From: a virus
Length of the DNA stretch: 60,904 nucleotides
IMG/VR virus record: IMGVR_UViG_3300029778_000003
Coordinates: 1-60,904 of that record
Direction: 5' to 3' (one strand)
A program made the position numbers and the translations under genes. Positions within the stretch are counted from its first letter, which is position 1, and every line of letters begins with the position of its first letter. Below the pieces are notes generated by a model that made no database searches, was not told where the DNA came from, and saw only the letters and a list, made by a program, of their open reading frames with translations. This document shows, in pieces, positions 8,714 to 16,237 of this stretch.

Positions 8714-8749
8714 TTTCTTTTCCTTTTGACTGTGATATAATGCAGTCAC

Positions 8750-9096
8750 CTTTCAATTATTATTTTGTTTGGTGCTCATCGTGTAACTTTGGACGGCTGC
8801 GCGATGAGCTTTTTTATTTTGTTCCTTGCCTTTCGACTTGACTATACAATACTACATTGCAATCTATATGTCAATACTATATTGCAATAAAAATTGAAAA
8901 AATACTAAAATAATTATTTAAATTATTATTTCTACTATATAATGCAATAAATATTACAATATTGTATTGGCGTATTATTGAAATAGTTATTGACATAATA
9001 ATTTAATTATTATATATTTATGTATAGCAATATTGATATATAGTAATATTGTTAGTAACTATTGATATTATTAATTAAAATAATGAGGTGTAATAA
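8750..9096. promoter_or_regulatory. AT-rich divergent control region with repeated (T/A)ATTGCAAT-type motifs and a TTGACA-17-TATATT promoter (8990-9018, + strand)
   Basis: tacattgcaat, tatattgcaat, tataatgcaat, palindrome tacaatattgta. More copies at 9316-9342 just after the RHH gene. Confidence 0.55.
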
Positions 9097-9312
9097 ATGG
9101 ACGAAAAGAAAATTATTGAAAACTATAAAAAAAGAATAAAGCGACAGAATGAAAAAGCCCGGGAAAATTGGGACTCAATAACTTGTAAATTGCCAAAAGG
9201 CACAAAAGACCGGATACAGGCGCAAGGGCTTACAATTAACGGATTTGTAAATCAATTAGTGCTGGACAAGTTGGACGAGCTGGAAAAGAATAACAATGAA
9301 TGTCCATTCTAA
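9097..9312 (+). CDS. Ribbon-helix-helix (Arc/CopG-like) DNA-binding protein
   Basis: SITCKLPKGTKDRIQAQGLTINGFVNQLVLDKLDE has a beta-strand then two-helix pattern. Flanked on both sides by the TTGCAAT-type motifs. Confidence 0.6.
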   Translation: MDEKKIIENYKKRIKRQNEKARENWDSITCKLPKGTKDRIQAQGLTINGFVNQLVLDKLDELEKNNNECPF

Positions 9313-9389
9313 AAATTATTGCAATTATGTATTGCATTTATGTATTTAATGTGCTAATATAATGTCGTAGCAAATAAACAGTTTAATTA

Positions 9390-9578
9390 ATGAGGTGGGA
9401 AAAAGTGAAAAGCTATGATTATATTGTTATCTCCGGTAACAATGAAGAAATTTACAGCACCAAAAAAGAAGTAAACAAAAGAGTTAAGGAGCTAACAAGC
9501 CAAGGAAAAACCGGCTACTTTGCAAAGTGGGACTTAATCAACGATGAAATCCTAGAGGGTAGCCAAGTAGATTTTTAA
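9390..9578 (+). CDS. Small hypothetical protein (GTG 9405 after gaggtgg is an alternative start)
   Basis: ORF track, 62 aa. Confidence 0.5.
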   Translation: MRWEKVKSYDYIVISGNNEEIYSTKKEVNKRVKELTSQGKTGYFAKWDLINDEILEGSQVDF

Positions 9579-9597
9579 AATTGGAGGTATAAAGAGT

Positions 9598-9816
9598 ATG
9601 AAATACAGAATAGTTGACGCAGACAATAGAGCCGAATATAGTAAGCCAAAGACTTTTGAAGAGGTCAAAGCGTGGTTTGAGCCAAACGCAGAGCTTGAAG
9701 AGGAGCATAACAAGTGGGCGAAAATCGAAGATATTGACGACATGAGAGATTATCTCATATGGGAAGCCCAGGGAATGAGACCTAATTGGAAAATAGAGGA
9801 TTGTGAAGAGGATTAA
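9598..9816 (+). CDS. Small strongly acidic hypothetical protein
   Basis: 72 aa, ggaggt RBS. EEVKAWFEPNAELEEEHNKWAKIEDIDDMRDYLIWE..EDCEED. Confidence 0.6.
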   Translation: MKYRIVDADNRAEYSKPKTFEEVKAWFEPNAELEEEHNKWAKIEDIDDMRDYLIWEAQGMRPNWKIEDCEED

Positions 9817-9842
9817 GACGGAAGTTTGAAAGGAGATATACA

Positions 9843-10031
9843 ATGAGCGAAAAAATTAATGATAACATCATGAGTGCAATTGTTGTGCTCATGGACGACG
9901 AGACAAGAGAGCGTGTGCACTTTGAGCTTGCACCCTGCTCAAACGAGAGTTTTTTAAAAAGGTATTGTGAATTAGTGCCAGAGTTTGAAAAGACACTTAA
10001 AGATGAATTTAGCATTGAATTGGATGCATAA
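9843..10031 (+). CDS. Small acidic hypothetical protein
   Basis: 62 aa, aaaggaga RBS. Confidence 0.6.
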   Translation: MSEKINDNIMSAIVVLMDDETRERVHFELAPCSNESFLKRYCELVPEFEKTLKDEFSIELDA

Positions 10032-10053
10032 AAAATTAAATATTGTTTTTCAA

Positions 10054-10080
10054 AGAGTCGTTTTTAAACGGCTCTTTTTA
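10054..10080 (+). terminator. Rho-independent terminator
   Basis: agagtcg-tttttaaa-cggctct then tttt. Confidence 0.65.
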
Positions 10081-10208
10081 TTGCAATTTTTAGGACGTAA
10101 GAACCATGCGACAACTGTACCGGGTATTTCTTTTTTTGAGCCATTCAAGGCTTATTTTTTGCAACTTTAAAATTTATAGAGTGGAAAAATAAACAGAGAA
10201 ATTGATAG

Positions 10209-10288
10209 TTGTATCCAAAATGTATACATCATGTATACAACTTGTATCCAAAATGTATCCGTAGTATAGGTAAGGTTAGGTAAGTATA
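10209..10288. repeat. Iteron-like repeats in an AT-rich intergenic region (candidate second origin or pac-associated site)
   Basis: ttgtatccaaaatgtat at 10209-10225 and 10242-10258. tagtataggtaagg..taagtata at 10262-10288 matches 54054-54075 inside the replisome organiser gene. Confidence 0.6.
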
Positions 10289-10452
10289 TATATTAAATAA
10301 AGCCTAACGGCTTTATAGAAGAGTATATTATTATTAAACCCCTTTATTTTTTATTTATTTATATTAAACAAGAAAATATAATATATAAATATATAATACT
10401 TGATTAAATATATTTAGTTTAATATATACAGCAATAGTATTTTAAAATCTAT

Positions 10453-10481
10453 TTGACAAAATATATTTAGTGGTGTATATT
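10453..10481 (+). promoter_or_regulatory. Sigma-A-type promoter TTGACA-17 nt-TATATT
   Basis: ttgaca 10453-10458 and tatatt 10476-10481, counted by hand. Confidence 0.6.
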
Positions 10482-10546
10482 TACATCAACAATTTAAGCA
10501 CAGAACGTGTTATTGCCAAGCACGAGTGTATATGCGGATGCCGGTT

Positions 10547-10595
10547 AGCCTGTGTCACTTGGAATAATTCCAGGTGGTGCGGGCTTTTTTATTTT
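10547..10595 (+). terminator. Strong strand-specific terminator 20 nt upstream of the terS start
   Basis: 16-bp stem agcctgtgtcacttgg / ccaggtggtgcgggct, with several G-U pairs that form only in the + transcript, then ttttttatttt. Confidence 0.7.
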
Positions 10596-10614
10596 ATGAT
10601 TTTGAGGTGCTAAA

Positions 10615-11277
10615 ATGGAAAAAATTAAAGGAAATATAACTAAACATTTAATTGCCGATTTTGGCACTTTTCAGCTTTACCGCGAGGACTTCGAGAGAGC
10701 TATAGAACAGGCTTGTCAGGAATTGCAAATTGACGATTTGAAAAGCGAGGGTCAAAGGCCGTGGAAAGCTGTTTGTAAGAGAGTCGGAGAGATTATATTT
10801 AATGATAACAGTATATTAAAAGATAAACAGCTATATGATAATACATGTATGTTAACTAACTACAATAGATATAATTATAATATATTAAATAATATATGTG
10901 ATGAATATATATATATTAGTGATAAATATAATAAGCTATGTAGTACGGTTGCATTTAGTAATTGGTGTAATATTGATTGTGGCGTTATAGACAATTGGAG
11001 ACTGAATAAAGAGTCAAGTCCTAAAAGTTATGAGATTTGGGAAAAATTGCAAGGAATCCGCAAGGATTGTATTAAAGATAGGGCATATGACAATAAATCC
11101 CCTGTCGGTGCTATGTTCGTCGGCAACAATGAATTTGGCATGAACCAACCGGGAATTGGCTACGAAGCTACGCAAGCGAGAGCACTAACCGCCAATGAAT
11201 TACCACAGTTGGGCGGTGCAAATAGTCAGACTATTAAAGCATTATCGGATAATAACATGGTTGATAATGCCAAGTAA
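10615..11277 (+). CDS. terS: Terminase small subunit
   Basis: 220 aa. STVAFSNWCNIDCGVIDNWR (HTH-like) and NKSPVGAMFVGNNEFGM resemble the conserved GAIF..KN.FG end of Terminase_2-type small subunits (by eye). Confidence 0.6.
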   Translation: MEKIKGNITKHLIADFGTFQLYREDFERAIEQACQELQIDDLKSEGQRPWKAVCKRVGEIIFNDNSILKDKQLYDNTCMLTNYNRYNYNILNNICDEYIYISDKYNKLCSTVAFSNWCNIDCGVIDNWRLNKESSPKSYEIWEKLQGIRKDCIKDRAYDNKSPVGAMFVGNNEFGMNQPGIGYEATQARALTANELPQLGGANSQTIKALSDNNMVDNAK

Positions 11278-11419
11278 TTGTATATACAACAGATACAATT
11301 CTAAACCCTTTATTTACAAGGCTTTGCAGACTATTGAATTATTACAACTATTCACAAAACAGTTGTTTAGCGAAGAGTTGAAAGCACAGAAGTAAATTGT
11401 ATATGCAATAGATACAATT
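11276..11419. repeat. Two copies of a 25-bp element, each itself an inverted repeat (aattgtat-N9-atacaatt)
   Basis: aattgtatatacaacagatacaatt at 11276-11300 and aattgtatatgcaatagatacaatt at 11395-11419, starting at the terS stop codon. Confidence 0.8.
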
Positions 11420-11685
11420 TAAAATGCTTGATGTTTGAGGGCTGAAAAACGCACGTATTGGGTGCCCTGGGGGTGTATATGAAAAGCGACAAGCTGCCCC
11501 ACTTAGCCCCCAAAATATCCTCAAAAACAAAAAGACTCTTACTCATACCCTAAATCGCGCCAAGCAGTATTTATTATAACATAAGTTATATATTAATTAA
11601 ACAACATACACAATAATAATATATATACATACAACTATGATTAAATATTAGTTATATATAATATATAACAGTAAAGGAGCTAACA

Positions 11686-12138
11686 GTGATGAAATTAACA
11701 GGATTTGAGTCTGATAAAATTAATTCCGATATGGTAAATCACCCTAGCCACTATAACTTGCCTAATCGTAAAGAATGTATTGATGAAATGATTGACATTT
11801 ACGGGCTTAAGGATGTGGCTAAATGGTGTGAAATTACTGCATACAAGTATAAATATCGTGCCGGGCATAAAGGCTCTGTAATTGAGGATATGAGTAAGGC
11901 TGCATGGTACACAATTAAGGCTCATGAGCTTAAATCTAAGCGCAAATGGAAGATTTTCGACAAGATTGTTTATAAATTCATGCCAATGTTTCTTAAGGGC
12001 CTGTATACATGGATAATTTTATTTTGTATGTTTTACGGAATACTCTTTGCTGACCGATGCTCAATGGTAGTCTCAATAGTGTTTTTAGTTCTTGCGTGCA
12101 TAGCTGAGTCGGTATTGAAAGAAAATGAAGATAATTAG
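11686..12138 (+). CDS. DUF3310-like protein with C-terminal membrane segments
   Basis: VNHPSHYN..ECIDEM..AKWCEITAYKYKYRAGHKG is the signature I associate with the DUF3310 phage family. The hydrophobic tail is unusual. Confidence 0.6.
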   Translation: MMKLTGFESDKINSDMVNHPSHYNLPNRKECIDEMIDIYGLKDVAKWCEITAYKYKYRAGHKGSVIEDMSKAAWYTIKAHELKSKRKWKIFDKIVYKFMPMFLKGLYTWIILFCMFYGILFADRCSMVVSIVFLVLACIAESVLKENEDN

Positions 12139-12155
12139 ATTTTGAGGTGTAAATC

Positions 12156-12314
12156 ATGTTTGTACTAAAAATTGCAACAACAGTATGGCTGGCATTAATT
12201 GCGCTTGGAATGACAAGTGCTACATTAAACGAAAAAGAGACAATTACCACAAGACTCATTAGCATTGCTATAATGTTCGGTCAAATACTTGCCATAGCTT
12301 TCATGTGGCAGTAA
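12156..12314 (+). CDS. Small membrane protein (52 aa)
   Basis: Hand translation: MFVLKIATTVWLALIALGMTSATLNEKETITTRLISIAIMFGQILAIAFMWQ. tgaggtg RBS. Confidence 0.45.
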   Translation: MFVLKIATTVWLALIALGMTSATLNEKETITTRLISIAIMFGQILAIAFMWQ

Positions 12315-12318
12315 ATAT

Positions 12319-12390
12319 AGGGCATTCGCCAAGCGGCAAGGCACAGGATTTTGATTCCTGTATTCGTTGGTTCGAATCCAACATGCCCCA
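12319..12390 (+). tRNA. tRNA-Gln (anticodon UUG)
   Basis: Cloverleaf by hand. Anticodon stem cagga/tcctg, loop ttTTGat, T arm gttgg-ttcgaat-ccaac. Close to E. coli tRNA-Gln in the D arm (tcgccaagcgg). 1-72 unpaired as in tRNA-Gln. Confidence 0.85.
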
Positions 12391-12734
12391 TTCGGGGGTT
12401 TACGGTTCCCCCGACATTGGACTTAGTAGTTCCTTTCACCCTCATAGTGGAAAGCTGTTAAGAGCCGTCACAAGGCTCGTGAGGGTTAATCGTGTATAAT
12501 CCCACAATGCACGAGCGTGAAAATCAACCTGTCGTAAAGACATCTGTAATAGGCAGAGCAGACATATATACCCCCTTTAATTGTTAAACTAGGGCAACTC
12601 AAATTAGCGAGTCTTGAGTGAGGTGCAATCCCTCACGTGCCCTTTGCTGTAGGTTTTGTTAGCTCTTTTCCTACAGCACATACAAATTATATCTCCGGAG
12701 GGTGTTGCCACTCCTTAGACTTCACCCTCATTAC

Positions 12735-12806
12735 TGGCTTGTAGCTCAACGGTAGAGCAGTCGGCTGTTAACCGACTTGTCGTGGGTTCGATTCCCACCT
12801 TGCCAG
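12735..12806 (+). tRNA. tRNA-Asn (anticodon GUU), with two U-U mismatches in the acceptor stem
   Basis: D arm gctc-aacggta-gagc, anticodon stem gtcgg/ccgac, loop ctGTTaa, T arm gtggg-ttcgatt-cccac. Acceptor tggcttg/cttgcca is imperfect. Confidence 0.7.
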
Positions 12807-12892
12807 CTAATTATTGGTTCAAGTAGGCGACAAGGCTTGATTAAATGGGCGGTACAGAAAATGCGCTGCTAAGTCCTGCCAATAAATTATTT

Positions 12893-12975
12893 GCCGATAT
12901 GGGATAAAGGTATTCCAATAGCTTGCTAAGCTATCCAACAGAAATGTTGTTCGTGTTCGATTCACGATGTCGGCG
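12893..12975 (+). tRNA. tRNA-Ser (anticodon GCU), class II with long variable arm
   Basis: Acceptor gccgata/tgtcggc, anticodon stem atagc/gctat, loop ttGCTaa, variable arm ccaacagaaatgttgt, T arm tcgtg-ttcgatt-cacga. Confidence 0.85.
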
Positions 12976-13096
12976 CTAACTTACGACAGGCTATAAGAGT
13001 CAGCCGTAAGCGGTATAAAAAGTCCGCATGAAGCTGTACAAAATGTAGCGACAAAAGCAGTTTCAGTATAACAGTCACGCTACGGCTGTTATATAT

Positions 13097-13169
13097 GGTG
13101 AAATAGCCAAGTGGTAAAAGGCAACAGACCGCAAATCTGTGACCGCCAGTTCAAATCTGGCTTTCACCT
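13097..13169 (+). tRNA. tRNA-Cys (anticodon GCA)
   Basis: Perfect acceptor ggtgaaa/tttcacc, anticodon stem acaga/tctgt, loop ccGCAaa, T arm gccag-ttcaaat-ctggc. Confidence 0.88.
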
Positions 13170-13172
13170 TGC

Positions 13173-13286
13173 TGATGTGTGGCGGAATGGGTAAACGCTA
13201 TTGCCGTAAGATAATTCGTTGAAACCGGCAACTTAGATGACGAGAGTCGCGACAATCATGTGTGGTTCAAATCCACACCACATCAA
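13173..13286 (+). ncRNA. Aberrant 114-nt tRNA-like element (acceptor stem and canonical T arm, oversized interior)
   Basis: tgatgtg...cacatca acceptor pairing, T arm gtgtgg-ttcaaat-ccacac, D-like gcg-gaatgggtaaa-cgc. ttgccg/cggcaa stem encloses 19 nt and 28 more nt precede the T arm. Anticodon could not be assigned. Confidence 0.5.
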
Positions 13287-13383
13287 TTACAGCAAACTAG
13301 GTTAGCTACCGAAAAGCACAAGCCTTAGTGCCTGTTTGCTGTTTGTTAATAAGGCTATTATCAGAAAGGCAGGTAATAATATT

Positions 13384-13866
13384 ATGAATTTTGCAGAAAA
13401 TGAAAATTCAAGAATACTTCCTAATGTTCAAAGCCCTATAATCTATTTTCTTATGGATGGGGATGAGGTTGTTTATGTTGGACAATCTAAAATAGGATTA
13501 GCAAGACCATATTCGCATAAAGATAAAAAATTCACCAAAATAGCAATTATTAATTGCAAAGAAAGTGAATTGGATGATAAAGAAACAGAATTTATCAAAA
13601 AATATAAGCCGAAATACAATAAAATGGCGGGGAAAAGCGATTATTCATACGCTAGAATAAAAACAATAATCAAAAACCAAACGAATATTCGTAACTTTAA
13701 TGTGTATGATGTAAGAAAGCTTGTGACAAAACTTGGATTGAAAACTCATATTTTCAACGGGAGCATTTATATAAACGCAGAAGATTTTGATAAAATGTTT
13801 GCTTTTGTAAAAGAAACAAGTAACGGAATTACGAACAAGGAAGAATGGAAGAAAAAAGTATTTTAA
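13384..13866 (+). CDS. GIY-YIG-like nuclease domain protein (homing-endonuclease-like)
   Basis: IIYFLMDGDEVVYVGQSKIGLARPYSH...ETEFIKKYKPKYNK. Start uncertain (TTG 13336 in the ORF track). Directly downstream of the tRNA cluster. Confidence 0.65.
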   Translation: MNFAENENSRILPNVQSPIIYFLMDGDEVVYVGQSKIGLARPYSHKDKKFTKIAIINCKESELDDKETEFIKKYKPKYNKMAGKSDYSYARIKTIIKNQTNIRNFNVYDVRKLVTKLGLKTHIFNGSIYINAEDFDKMFAFVKETSNGITNKEEWKKKVF

Positions 13867-13980
13867 TTTAATTTGGTAAAATCAGTTGCCTAGTGATTGC
13901 AACACGAAAAGAGTAACCTACGAACTCCTGACAACTGTTTTTATATAAATCGTAGGGTTATCTATCGTAGGAGGTAATTT

Positions 13981-14445
13981 ATGACAGTAAAAGATTTATT
14001 TAATTCAAAAAACACACTGCAAGTAGATATTGGATTAGCAGAACAAATAGGATTACACAATTCAGTAGTCTATACAGAAATCAAAAAGGCTAAAAAAGAA
14101 AACAACATTGATTTGTTTAATAAACAGGATTTAGTTTTTGTTCAAAAGAAGTATTTACCATTCTTTTCGATAAAAACAATACAAAGGTCTTTAGAGTTTC
14201 TTATTGATAAAGGTTATATAACAGCAGATAAGATAAAACCGGAAGAAGCAAAAGAAATTGTTTTAAAAAACAAACATAATTGCAAGTTTAAATGCGAATG
14301 GTGTGGTTGTGGTTGCAATGTTATAAACGAACACCATTATCCAATACCAAAATCAATGGGCGGAACAAAAATTGTAAGGATATGTCCTAATTGTCATTAT
14401 GAATTTCATTCTTTATACAAAATCAGTAGAAAGGATGGTGTTTAA
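13981..14445 (+). CDS. HNH endonuclease with N-terminal winged-helix-like domain
   Basis: C-terminal CEWCGCGCNVINEHHYPIPKSMGGTKIVRICPNCHYEFH (HNH with two CxxC pairs). aggaggt RBS. Confidence 0.75.
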   Translation: MTVKDLFNSKNTLQVDIGLAEQIGLHNSVVYTEIKKAKKENNIDLFNKQDLVFVQKKYLPFFSIKTIQRSLEFLIDKGYITADKIKPEEAKEIVLKNKHNCKFKCEWCGCGCNVINEHHYPIPKSMGGTKIVRICPNCHYEFHSLYKISRKDGV

Positions 14446-14446
14446 T

Positions 14447-15487
14447 ATGGCGGAAGTTAGAATTAAAAAGGCTGTAATCAGAGAAGATTTATTATCAATA
14501 ACAAACGATTATAGAAAGGCAATTATCCTCAATCAATTCATTTATTGGTCTGAAAGAGTTTCAGATGCCGATAAGTTTATCAAGAAAGAAAATGAGATTG
14601 CGAAGAACAATGGAGAAGAAGGGAGAGAGCTTTTCTATGGTTGGATATATAAAACAGCCGAAGAATTAGCCGATGAGGTTATGTTAGGTTTATCTGCAAG
14701 TCAGATAAGAAGATATATCAGTGATTTGGTAAATATGGGTTATATCTCAAAGCGAAATAACCCTAAATATAAATGGGATAGAACATTGCAATATAGAGTA
14801 AATCTTGTAAATATTGCAAAAGACCTTAAAAAGAATGGCTATCCATTAAGCGATTACAAAATTGAAATACCGGAAAATGAAAAATTCAATGCGCATGAGT
14901 GCGCAATCAATAATGAGCCAATGGAAAATCAAACACAAGTCAGTGACGAAGCAATACCAAAGAGCACTAACATAGATTACTTAAACAGAGATTATGATTC
15001 AGAGATTACAAGAGAGGTACATACATCAACTAACATTGATGGAGAGGTACATACATCTGTTTCCGAGAAACAGACGGCAAGAGTCACCCGACAGGATATG
15101 CAAGCAAAGAAAGATGATATGTTCAATAGATTCTCTGAAATCTGTGACAACAGCATTGAAAATAAGACAGTCGGAGAAGTAGTCAAAAAAGCATTTTGTA
15201 GATACATGAACCTGTATGAAACATATTTTGCAAAGGTTCACCCAATCTTGACCGATAAAACTCTGACTAATGTATGCCTGTCACTTTCTAATGTGACCGA
15301 TACGGAGCATAATCACTTTGAGTGGACAGATGTTTACCTAGCAGACGAAACAGGGCTTACTGGGCTTGATAGAATGGTTAACGAGCATTTCAGACGAACA
15401 CATAGAAGAGAGACTAACTACTCGATAACGCATTTTGCCAAAAGCGACTATCTGCTACAGTTGGCACAAGGCATTATAGAGTATTAA
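14447..15487 (+). CDS. Hypothetical protein with N-terminal winged-helix-like region (possible DNA-binding or replication-related)
   Basis: ATG 14447 just after the upstream stop. LSASQIRRYISDLVNMGYISKRNN wHTH-like. Internal direct repeat gaggtacatacatc x2 (15014-15057) encodes EVHTS x2. Confidence 0.6.
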   Translation: MAEVRIKKAVIREDLLSITNDYRKAIILNQFIYWSERVSDADKFIKKENEIAKNNGEEGRELFYGWIYKTAEELADEVMLGLSASQIRRYISDLVNMGYISKRNNPKYKWDRTLQYRVNLVNIAKDLKKNGYPLSDYKIEIPENEKFNAHECAINNEPMENQTQVSDEAIPKSTNIDYLNRDYDSEITREVHTSTNIDGEVHTSVSEKQTARVTRQDMQAKKDDMFNRFSEICDNSIENKTVGEVVKKAFCRYMNLYETYFAKVHPILTDKTLTNVCLSLSNVTDTEHNHFEWTDVYLADETGLTGLDRMVNEHFRRTHRRETNYSITHFAKSDYLLQLAQGIIEY

Positions 15488-15501
15488 ACGGAGGTATAAA
15501 T

Positions 15502-15696
15502 ATGGCAAAGGGAGTTAAGACACGAAATATTGAATCATTCCGAGAGGGATTGATGGAATACGCATATGGCAGATGTTCACAGGCGGAAGCTGCAAAAATA
15601 GCCGGTATGAGCGTACCAACATTTAGGAAGTACGCAAATATGCATTTTTTAGGCATTCCGTTTCCTGACACGCTGTTTAAGGCAAAGGAAGGGTGA
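15502..15696 (+). CDS. Small HTH protein
   Basis: CSQAEAAKIAGMSVPTFRKYANM helix-turn-helix. ggaggt RBS. Confidence 0.6.
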   Translation: MAKGVKTRNIESFREGLMEYAYGRCSQAEAAKIAGMSVPTFRKYANMHFLGIPFPDTLFKAKEG

Positions 15697-15701
15697 GAAG
15701 C

Positions 15702-15902
15702 ATGTGTGAGTTTTGCGAAAATCCTACAAAATGGAATACTGATGATTATAGCTTAGTTCCAAACAGAAACTTATCAGATGGGGTTATGCAAGCGGAAGAT
15801 AACACATATCAGATTGGTATGTTTGACAGCAATTCTGATTGTTGGGAAGTTATGGATATCGACTATTGCCCTATCTGCGGAAGAAAGTTGGTGGAAGAAT
15901 GA
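15702..15902 (+). CDS. Small zinc-ribbon protein
   Basis: MCEFCEN...DYCPICGRKL has two CxxC pairs. Confidence 0.55.
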   Translation: MCEFCENPTKWNTDDYSLVPNRNLSDGVMQAEDNTYQIGMFDSNSDCWEVMDIDYCPICGRKLVEE

Positions 15903-16066
15903 TATTGTGCAAAATAGCATTGTTTATTTACTATCTCTTATCGTTATGGTTCATAAAGAAATCCAAAAATATTAGAGAAGTCGCAGAAGTGGGTTTTTTA
16001 AGTGTTATATTTCTTTTGACAATGATTGTAGCGAACATTTAAGCGTATAGAATAGGTGGTGGAAGA

Positions 16067-16237
16067 ATGAAACATCAAAAAGAATGGCGCACTTGCGACA
16101 GGTGCGGAAAAGAGATAAAAGCAGGGCTGTTGGGCGTGAACTCAATCACAAGAAATGGCGTATTGAGTACGACCTACGATTTATGCAATGAGTGCATGGA
16201 AGATTTTTGGAGATTTATGAGAAATGAACAACATTGA
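16067..16237 (+). CDS. Small zinc-ribbon protein (56 aa)
   Basis: Hand translation: MKHQKEWRTCDRCGKEIKAG...YDLCNECMEDFWRFMRNEQH. Confidence 0.45.
   Translation: MKHQKEWRTCDRCGKEIKAGLLGVNSITRNGVLSTTYDLCNECMEDFWRFMRNEQH

Noticed and set aside
12305-12499. 64-aa ORF overlapping tRNA-Gln
   Set aside because: It overlaps a well-folded tRNA gene and has no RBS.
12811-12887. An additional tRNA between tRNA-Asn and tRNA-Ser (7-bp closing stem ttattgg/ccaataa, about 77 nt)
   Set aside because: No T arm (no TTCRANY loop with flanking stem) or anticodon arm could be folded inside. It is treated as a structured spacer only.
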